Below are positions 22,601-26,800 of a stretch of DNA of 64,000 bases, piece after piece (positions within the stretch are counted from its first letter, which is position 1; each line of letters opens with the position of its first letter). Below the pieces are notes generated by a model, which was given only the letters and a program-made list of their open reading frames with translations, was not told the DNA's origin and searched no databases. Origin of the DNA: an uncultured Veillonellaceae bacterium (GTDB lineage: Bacteria; Bacillota; Negativicutes; JARBTT01); contig CAWDTA010000003.1 of assembly GCA_963805085.1 (NCBI GenBank), forward strand, positions 224,001-288,000, in the 5' to 3' direction. The position numbers and the translations under genes were made by a program.

Positions 22601-23848
22601 TTTTTTGCAGGATTGATCGACAATAGTACGCAATTTGATGCAAAATTCTTTTTGATTCCGGAAAACGATGTTAGAGCAATGGATCCACAGGCATTGGTGG
22701 TACTGGAAGAAAGCCTGAAGCTATGGTATCATGCCGGGTATTCCCAGCAAGAATTAAAGGGAAAACAGGTAGGTGTTTATCTTGGTGGTCGCAGTCAGCA
22801 TCGCCCTGATCAATCCAGTCTTCGGCAAGCACTAAATCCCATTGTCACCGTAGGACAAAACTATTTAGCGGCAAATATCTCACGATTTTTTGATCTTCGG
22901 GGACCAAGTATTGTTGTGGATACTGCCTGTTCCTCAGCATTAGTGGCTATGAATATGGCTATTCAGGCCTTAAATAATGGTGAGATTGAATCTGCCCTCG
23001 TTGGCGGGGTGAGTCTGTTAAATACGGATGTATCCCATCGGTTATTTCAACAGCGAGGAATTTTAAATCCGAATCCATTCTTTCATATCTTTGATCAACG
23101 TTCCGATGGAGTCGTGTTGGGAGAAGGCGTGGGTATGGTTTTATTAAAAACAGTCGATCAGGCACTTGAAGATGGTGATCATATTTATGCCGTAATTAAA
23201 GGGGTAGCCATCAATAATGATGGGCGAACCGCAGGTCCGGCAACTCCTAATTTACATGCTCAGAAAGAAGTTCTGCAAACAGCGTTAGCGAGGAGTGGTA
23301 AGAAGCCGGAAGAAATTATCTATATTGAAGCAAACGGCTCTGGCTCTGAGGTTACGGATTTGCTTGAACTCAAGGCCATTCAATCCGTTTACCGATCCTC
23401 CAACACATCTCCCTTAGCATTAGGGTCGATAAAACCCAATATTGGACATCCGTTATGCGCCGAAGGTATTGCGAGTTTTATTAAAGTGGTGTTGATGCTT
23501 CAACATCAACAATTTGTTCCCTTTTTGTCAGGTCAACAATCCATGACACATTATAATATCGAAGCTTCTCCTTTTTATTTCAATCATAAGCCCGCCCAAT
23601 GGACAAATACTTCCCGGATTGCTGCGATAAACTGTTTTGCCGATGGCGGCACCAATGCCCATGTGATTTTGGAAGCCTGGGAGGATTCGGCTTCTCGACC
23701 AATCAAACGGCATCCTAACCCGTCTCCGGAAATAAATAGGCAACAGTTCGGACAAACAGACTTAAAAAAATCACCGTATGAAAATAAAACACAAGATCAC
23801 CAAACTAACAACGCTACAGAAAAAGTAATCTGGGAAATGTTTAATTAG
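4682..23848 (+). CDS. trans-AT polyketide synthase (~6390 aa): EI/DH*-ACP-KS-DH-KR-ACP-KS-KR-ACP-KS-DH-KR-ACP-KS-KR-ACP-KS0
   Basis: Four KS carry Cys (DTACSSS/ETACSSS/DTMCSSS) plus HGTGT; the last KS has EANGSGS. ACP motifs: GLQS, GFDS, GIDS, GIDS, GVDS. No AT domains. ATG at 4682 follows a GGAG RBS (the ORF track starts at GTG 4658). Confidence 0.95.
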   Translation: MDNQLSSLYQQIRERKISQEEALRQIKGFTDQYCLKTTMSSNLGNDRNFVPEIYVYEEPYLRDHTVYNERVLLGVTYGSLAINAFFHIFPKENNVHLHRLSFTKAVQVQKNQCVEVQVEAVPKGPIMDFQVRYRYALSATWVLAASGNLQQGSFEMRKIDIENIKDSLLELHHFSPIYTSNPAIGLGDSFKPITHIFTGKDQVLARVVLSQTTRAEKHEYVLHPLIINSAFLAVNSLLKKADMEEGFLPFGIKDMYCKKNGRLEQCWVLVRLVKNSGEMIIFDAEVIDDQSQVVAHLAGCSIKRLRSEGQVSLQDHLMVDFPELQQQKRMATEGNQLEKLTNTTDLKNKIKKYLIHKVSKIIPEFLNLQNFTANLMDLGLQSSQLIAMTDEIKQETNVELYPTLFFEYPSIEELVEYFAQEHQESFIQLLGIDEKKSRVSENIPKVQTFIPSKDAQENLQSKPILQIPTNTYAEPSRDDIAIIGMHGLFAEASHLNQFWQNLCDKKDLIKEIPIDHWNYQPWYDKNPETKDKTYCKWGSFIDDVDKFDADFFNISRREAEWMDPQLRLLLQSIYSTGEDAGYINQLRGTNTGVFVGVCFHDYADKIAEMNIPVDPYMGTGNVQTVIANRVSFLFDFTGPSIAVDTACSSSLFALHYACQALRNKECNMAFVGGVNLLLASAHYRYFSSIGALSPTGRCHTFDEAADGYVPGECIASILLKPLEQARRDGDHIYAVIKGSAALHGGYTPSLTAPSVEGEENVILKAWEDAGINPETLTYIEAHGTGTKLGDPIEINSLKKAFKRFTDKEQFCAVGSAKAHIGHAEGAAGIAAIIKVIMQMKQKQIPAMPQFKKLNPYIQLAKSALYINHEIEEWKSSSGIPRRAGVNSFGFSGANAHVVIEEYIPKEQVQSPITVTTGNPAIIVLSAKNKERLQEQVQQLLAAIQTQQFTDSDLTDMAYTLQVGREAMEERLGLIVGSIEELEEKLQGFVEGKDGIEDLYQGQVKQNKDTVALFAADEDLQNAVEFWVSKEKYEKLLTFWVKGLVFDWNKLYGDNKPQRISLPTYPFARERYWIHEAETKARQTISAAIHPLLQQNTSDFYEQRFSSTFTGQEFFLADHVVKGQRVLPGVTYLEMAREAVEQAVGALEERQTGIQLKKVVWVRPIIVGEQPKQVHIRLFPEENGEIVYEIYSETEGNDAETVMHSQGKAVLMKIGEVPTLDIQALIAQCSQSTLSVDQCYKHILSTGLDIGSRLQGIEKLYVGSGQVLAKLVLQPDVYDTQSQFFLHPSLMDSALQASVGFLFGHLDTDKPVLPFSVEELEIFGRCTPVMWALVHQHEENAAGDKVLKFDIDLCDDRGNVCVRMRKLLFRILEGEVSLSDTAIISETLMLEPNWKEEAIVQKAIVSDFTQHLVILCELDDVIRESIENRMNGIRCLSLNSQWMGIEERFQIYTAKVFEEIQNIFKSKPVGKVLVQIVVCSHEEQQLFSGLSGLLNTACLEHTKLIGQLIEIELGENAESIVEKLRENSQSQNDKQIRYQGGKRYVVGWREIAATQAEAKIPWQDRGIYLITGGAGGLGLIFAKEIVHQAKDVTLILTGRSPLHGLKEVKLQELEVLGTRVIYKQADVTQRQVVADLIQSIQKEFGSINGIIHGAGVIKDNFILGKTKEELQEVLAPKVSGLVNLDQATKDIKLDFFILFSSLAGILGNPGQADYAAANAFMDAYARYRNALVDVKQRQGQTLSINWPLWKEGGMCIDLETETMMRQSMGMIAMQTSTGILALYQGLASGLDQCMVTEGNLARMKQKLLSPIPVSVQPEPVYQVSDSIKKIDTDSLLDKVQATLVQVISKLVKVESGAIDLAAELSNYGFDSITLTEFANKLNKEYKLELTPAIFFEHSNIHSFAEYLIKEHQAVFATKFAVQSRGEISEKVMKDKEEKSPSDKGRRSRFEKMLALSAAKPNASTPEPIAIVGMSGKFPMARDIDEFWQNLRDGKDCITEIPRERWDWQEYYGDPTKEANKTNIKWGGFIDGIDEFDPLFFGISPREAQLMDPQQRLLMTYVWKAIEDAGYAAQSLSGTQTGIFVGTASLGYSSLVSKANVSIEGYTSTGTAPSVGPNRMSYLLNIHGPSEPIETACSSSLIAIYRAVSAIENGSCEMAIAGGVNTIVTPELYISFNKAGMLCEDGRCKTFSNQANGYVRGEGVGMILLKKLKDAEAAGDHIYGIIRSSAENHGGRANSLTAPNPKAQADLLQAAYTKAGIDPRTISYIEAHGTGTELGDPIEINGLKMAFQELYQATGKTQIVSRHCGVGSVKSNIGHLELAAGIAGVIKVLLQLKHKTLVKSLHSDTINPYIELNNSPFYIVQETKEWKALQDLQGQDLPRRAGVSAFGFGGANAHVVIEEYIPKEQVQSPIMVTAGDPAIIVLSAKNKERLQEQVQQLLAAIQTQQFPDSDLTDMAYTLQVGREAMEERLGLIVGSIEELEEKLQGFVEGKDGIEDLYQGQVKQNKDTVALFAADEDLQNAVEFWVSKEKYEKLLTFWVKGLVFDWNKLYGGNKPQRISLPTYPFARERYWVPEKDTDSASSSNMRVLEPGTLVLHPCWKEEAVAYKATAPDYVQRVVMFCEPNDISLRVIETKINGVRCLTLASKHKGIEKRFQDYSIQVFEEIQGILKAKLTGQVLVQIIVANQEEQQLFTGLSGFLQTAQLENPKLSGQLIEIEPDKDEEEIIDKLQENSRNAVDNRVRYQDGKRYVGVLSELETSREAVRIPWKDRGIYLISGGAGGLGFIFAKEIVQKVKDATLILTGRSPLNEDKETRLKELQALGARIEYRQVDVTQERAVVSLIQSIQVNFGSLHGIIHSAGVIKDNFIIKKNREELQEVLAPKVAGLVHLDQASRELPLDFFILFSSIAGRLGNLGQADYAAANAFMDAYAKYRNTLVASNQRHGQTLSINWPLWQEGGMRIDAEIQKTMRQNTGMTAMQTSTGIWAFYQAVASGKEQVMVTKGDLSRRQAHLLETSPKVHEYTEEASTLHVEPWLLREKTLHQLKVLFGETAKMSVVGIDPEELLESYGIDSIMITQLNQKLDGVFGELSKTLFYEYQTLNALAEYFTAEYPQKCLQWTGLGEQVQPIQDKSTISMSVGEFPVLTSLKKDKTLTRDFMERNPDNGICEPIAIIGMSGRYPKAKTLKEYWDILKTGQDCISEIPQERWSIEGFYHSDFQEAVAQGKSYSKWGGFVEEFADFDPLFFNISPLEAINMDPQERLFIEACWTVLEDAGYTKEQLGEQYDRRVGVFAGITKTGFELYGPDLWKQGEQVYPCTSFGSVANRISYLLNLQGPSMPIDTMCSSSLTAIHEACEHLYRGECEMAIAGGVNLYLHPSSYIRLCNNHMLSVDGKCKSFGQGGNGFVPGEGVGTVLLKRLSQAIADGDHIYAVIRGTSINHGGKTNGYTVPNPIAQGDLIRAALDKAGIDARAVSYIEAHGTGTALGDPIEVAGLSQAFQKDTQDTGFCAIGSAKSNIGHLEAAAGIAGVAKIVLQMKNQEIVPSLHAKELNPNINFGKTPFVVQRELAEWKRPVVEINGESKEYPRIAGISSFGAGGSNAHIVLEEYIPKNQERCLTAIILQNPAIIVLSAKNEERLQVQVQQLLSAIQEQKFADSELTDMAYTLQVGREAMEERLAMIVGSVKELAEKLQGFVEERDGIENLYRGQVKRNKKALAVFAADEDMEKTIEAWVTKGKYVKLLDLWVKGLVFDWNKLYGDIKPQRISLPTYPFARERYWLPEIHAKSAGSPVVNSAVFAKIHPLLHQNTSDLSEQRFTSTFTGQEFFLADHVVKGQRILPGVAYLEMARAAVEQATGALEEDQTGIQLKNVVWVRPIAVGEKPSKVHIGLFPEDSGEIAFEIYSDSEEAGAEPVVHSQGNAKLISVLKAPVLDLPDLQAQCSQSNLSSSQYYEAFKVMGIDYGPAHQGIEMVYVGQEQVLAKLTLPATVSDTKDQFILHPSLMDAALQASLMISASDVKLALPFALQELKIFEKCTSSMWALVRYNEGSKAKDKLKKMDIDLCDEQGRVCVRMKGLSSRVLEGEVDSIADTEAIGTLMLQPSWQEQPVDSEATMPEYDRHLVMLCEPHDISQEDIENQINGVRCLNMQAEQEGIESRFNNYAVQAFEQIKNILKEKHMGKVLVQIIVTNQGEQQLFAGLSGLLKTAQLENPKLIGQLIEMESGKKIEEIIEKLKENSRRPIDNHISYQENKRYVASWNKVDVSKETVKIPWKDQGVYLITGGAGGLGLIFAKEIAHKVKDATLILTGRTSLKKDKQVKLKELEELGAKIVYKQVDMTQKEAVVDLIESIRKDFKNLNGIIHSAGVIKDNFILKKTKEELQAVLAPKVTGLVHLDQASKELTLDFFILFSSIAGRLGNPGQADYAAANAFVDGYAKYRNTLVASKQCHGQTLSINWPLWQEGGMHVDAETEKMMRQSTGMIAMQTSTGIRTLYQSIAFGKDQVMVMEGELKRLQTAFLKRQTGTKIQKTPYTIEENKAVTGIEQDLFKEKAANYFKNLLTSLIRLPAHRIETDAPLEQYGIDSIMVMQMTNQLEKVFGSLPKTLFFEYQNIKELTGYFLENYRDQLTEILEIDDKAVVHVNDLQCSTVETTMGKPVSSTRRRPRFVSLRMENREEKEALDIAIIGVSGRYPQAGSIQEFWHNLRDGKDCITEIPKERWDHSLYFDEDKNTPGKTYSKWGGFLNGVDQFDPLFFNISPREAQIMDPQERLFLECVYETLEDAGYTRKALGLHQDFGLGGNVGVYVGVMYEEYQLYGVQEQIQGRPFAVPANPASIANRVSYFCNFHGPSMAVDTMCSSSLTAIHLACQSLQRGGCEVAIAGGVNVSVHPNKYLLLSQGKFASSKGQCESFGQGGDGYVPGEGVGAVLLKTLSKAVADGDHIYGIIKGTAINHGGKTNGYTVPNPNAQASVIGRSFKNAGIDPRTISYIEAHGTGTSLGDPIEIAGLTKTFQEYTQDKQFCAIGSVKSNIGHCESAAGIAGLTKILLQLKYRQLVPSLHSEILNPNIDFANTPFVVQQELTEWKRPVIEKGGESKEYPRIAGISAFGAGGANAHIVIEEYISKDLARPPITINAGKQAIILSAKNEEQLREQVQQMLTAIGEQQFTDSELVDMAYTLQVGREAMEERLAIFVGSIKELEEKLKSYVDGQVSIGNLYRGQVKRNKATMDFFAMDEDMTKIIDTWIIKGKYEKILELWVRGLVIDWNRLYVDSKPRRISMPTYPFAKERYWLFDGQNEAGSIASQATLSSRSEDTSVRRVMCYLQKQWELCFATSTPILNRTIAILTTQETMELAIQVAQHFPKSQILDLHDLESQLQQSEKHWKEYGGCVDLIGCGKEKNELPNWMAWLQQMIEYGHREGLMMLCVTKGLESYQNIAVNLSGASRAGLYRMLQSEYGHLRSRHMDADPSTGEQVLAQQIVSEFFMESEDSEICYRDEKRYRSYLGETEKGDDSGETLVFPDGHVLWITGGTRGIGYLCAQHFVTNHGVRRLVLTGRETIPPREEWDAYKHQNTSIAKKIQAIRSLEAKGAEVEVLSVSLTDEHAVQKSLQEIKSTMGPIGGIIHCAGTDDMKNPAFIRKSVREILKVLDPKIAGLDILYQSFDKEPLQFFVLFSSVSAIIPALAAGQSDYAMANAYMDYVAETKIHAYPIVSIQWPSWKETGMGEVKSRVYQQTGLLNLTNEEGLQLLDQIISRKIGPVVLPAMVDPELWKPYQLMQRRKQESFAANIQPRDSIATESLKASDVLLTVTQSWLIDLFSQELKMDPSKLEIDTPFQDYGVDSILLTQIWRSIKELLTNELDPSILFEYSTIESLAAWLVSNHASSLSKILNTMSSEQYGPPTHQDSSPPAPSITSDSSKSQKLQRGSRIYRNSKPLDIAVIGLSCRFPGANTLEEYWQLLLEGRSAIRSVPRERWGYLSNFFAGLIDNSTQFDAKFFLIPENDVRAMDPQALVVLEESLKLWYHAGYSQQELKGKQVGVYLGGRSQHRPDQSSLRQALNPIVTVGQNYLAANISRFFDLRGPSIVVDTACSSALVAMNMAIQALNNGEIESALVGGVSLLNTDVSHRLFQQRGILNPNPFFHIFDQRSDGVVLGEGVGMVLLKTVDQALEDGDHIYAVIKGVAINNDGRTAGPATPNLHAQKEVLQTALARSGKKPEEIIYIEANGSGSEVTDLLELKAIQSVYRSSNTSPLALGSIKPNIGHPLCAEGIASFIKVVLMLQHQQFVPFLSGQQSMTHYNIEASPFYFNHKPAQWTNTSRIAAINCFADGGTNAHVILEAWEDSASRPIKRHPNPSPEINRQQFGQTDLKKSPYENKTQDHQTNNATEKVIWEMFN
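7355..7897 (+). repeat. Near-identical internal duplication, copy 1 (KS C-terminus and flanking subdomain)
   Basis: Matches 11855-12397 almost base for base at an offset of exactly 4500 nt. Confidence 0.9.
11855..12397 (+). repeat. Near-identical internal duplication, copy 2
   Basis: Same sequence as 7355-7897 with only a few substitutions. Confidence 0.9.
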
Positions 23849-23860
23849 GAGGGAAAGTCA

Positions 23861-26800
23861 ATGATATATGAAACGTTTAATCTATCTACAAAAAACCCTA
23901 TTATAAGTAATCACAGTGCATATGGACAAGAGTTGTTGCCTGGTCTAGCTTATATCGATCTTATATTCCAATTCTTTAAAAAGCATTATTATTCTTATAA
24001 TGAGTTTGAACTGCGTAATTTGTCTATATATAACCCGTTAATTGTTGGAAAGAATTATGATGTTCTGCTTACCCTTCAGTGTTCGGAAATCAGAGAGGGG
24101 CAATGGCATATTGTTGTGGAGGGGCAAGAACGACGCAATGATGGAACCGTAGTCTTGAATAAAAAACGGTATGTTACTGCTGAAATGCATAAAATAGGTT
24201 CCGTAATATTTGGTGAAACCTTAGATCTTAATCAAATAGAACACTTGGCAAAGAGCGTTGGCAGCTTAGACGAAGTTTACGAGCAATGCCAGCTTCAAGA
24301 CTTGGTACATACTGGTTTGATGAAAGCAGAAGGTAAGATTTACGAGGGCGAGACAGCGAGCTTCATTGATATTTCACTAGGGCAGGAGGCGCAGCCCGGT
24401 GCAGAAAGTTTTCTGTTTCACCCGGCCCTTATTGATGGCAGTGCCATAGGATCGAGGACACTGTTGTCCGCCCTAGTCAAAGGGGAAGAACGCTTGTTTT
24501 TACCTCTTTTCTACGAATCCTTTCGTGCCTCAGAACTCATACAACAACGATGTTTAACGCGGATTCAAACGTCAGCGTTGGTGCGTAAAAAAGAGCTTTT
24601 GTATATGACGATGGAATTTTTTAATGAATCCGGCAAGAAAGTGGCGGAATTGAGAAATTTTATCAGTAAATTAGTTCGAGGCGCCGAATTAATTAATCCT
24701 AACCTAAAAAACACGTTTCAAATGGAGGCAGCGAATTTCAGCCGATCTTTATTGACCAGTTTCCAAGAGCCGAGCAATGTGGAGAATGACCTCAACCTAG
24801 TAACGACTGCTGAAACTGAATTTTTTTTACAGCAGTTGATGGCAGATCGATTAAAGAAACCAATAGAGCAAATCGAAACTCAGGTTGGATATTATGAAAT
24901 GGGATTGAATTCACCTGGATTATTGGAGATTGTCCAAGAGATAGAAACAAAAATTGGTGTTGCCTTATCCCCAACGTTATTGTTTGAATATACGACCATT
25001 GCTGAACTGTCAGCCTATCTTACCGAGAATTACCCCTCAAAGTTTAGACAATACTCTGCTGTGACGCGGGAGGTTGAACAGGAGATGCTGGGTAACGCAA
25101 CTGCGCAAGCTCCCAGTACGGATAGTGAGGTAGGGAATGGCGTGTTATCGAACGATAATACGGAAGAAGGACGAGCTGCAGCAATGCCTGCAATCGAGCA
25201 AGACATTGCCATTATAGGAATGGCGGGACGCTATCCAAAAGCAATAAACCTTCAGGAATTTTGGACTAATTTAAAAACGGGCAAAGACTGTATCAGTGAA
25301 ATTCCAAAATCACGTTGGGATTGGAAATTGTATGAAGGGGTAAAATCACCCTCAGGAAAAAACATCTCTAAATGGGGTGGCTTTATAGATGATCCGGACT
25401 GCTTTGATCCTCAATTCTTTCGAGTAACACCGCGGGAAGCAGAATTAATGGATCCTCAAGAGCGTTTGTTTTTGGAGAATTGTTGGGAAGCAATAGAAGA
25501 TGCTGGTTATACGCCTAAAACGCTGGTTATGCCGCAAGGTCCTAATAAAAGGCACCATGTAGGTGTATTTGTTGGTGTAATGCATAAAGATTATACCCAA
25601 ATCGGAGCCGAAGCTGCGTTACATGGTCAGGTAGTTCCGTTATCATTGAATTATGCGTCAATTGCCAATCGGGTCTCTTATTTCTGCAATTTTCATGGCC
25701 CTAGCATGGCGGTAGATACGGTGTGTTCTTCTTCGCTTACTGCCGTGCATTTGGCTTTAGAGAGTATCAGGCATGGTGAATGCGAGGTTGCTCTGGCAGG
25801 CGGAGTGAATTTATCCTTACATCCCAATAAATATCTAACCTATGGGTTAATGGATATGCATTCCAGCGATGGTTATTGTCATACCTTCGGCAAAGAAGGC
25901 GATGGTTTTGTTTCAGGAGAAGGCGTTGGTACGGTTCTGTTAAAGCCGCTACACAAAGCGGTTCAAGACGGGGATCACATTTATTCGGTCATTAAAGGCA
26001 GTACCATCAATCATGGGGGAACTGTGAGCGGGATGACGGTACCAAGTCCGATTGCTCAGGCAGATATGATTACGGCATGTATAAAAAAAGCCAAGGTTCA
26101 TCCACGGACGATCAGCTATGTCGAAGCCCAGGGGACAGGAACGTCATTAGGTGATCCTATTGAAATTGAAGGGTTAGCGAAAGCCTTTCGTCTATATACT
26201 CAGGATTTACAATATTGTTCAATTGGTTCCGTTAAGTCAAATATCGGGCATGCTGAGTCCGCTGGAGGCATTGGTGCTTTGACTAAGGTAGCACTCCAAC
26301 TTTACTATAAAACCTTGGTACCATCACTGCATTCAGAGAAATTAAATCCGCATATAGATTTTAAACAGTCCCCGTTTTTTGTACAGCAGGAAACCGAGGA
26401 ATGGAAGAAGCCAGTATTGGTGGAAGATGGTAGACAGGTCATCTATCCTCGTCGGGCTGGGCTAAATTCTTATGGTGCTACTGGATCAAACGCTCATGTC
26501 ATACTGGAGGAATACATCCCCAAACAAACGCGCCAACAAAATCTGGCAGTGCTCAGTAAAAATGACAGTCTCACAATCATTCCGCTTTCTGCTAAGGACA
26601 AAGAGCGGCTGCACGCGTATGTTAAGAAATTATTGGAGTATCTTAAAGAATTTCCGTCAGACAAGAATCTTTATCATGGAGAAATCAATATATCAGAATT
26701 AGCTTATACCTTGCAGGTGGGACGAGAATCCATGGAAGATCGGGTAGTATTTCTCGTAAAGGATATTCCACAGCTCATTGAAAAATTAGAAGCATATGGT

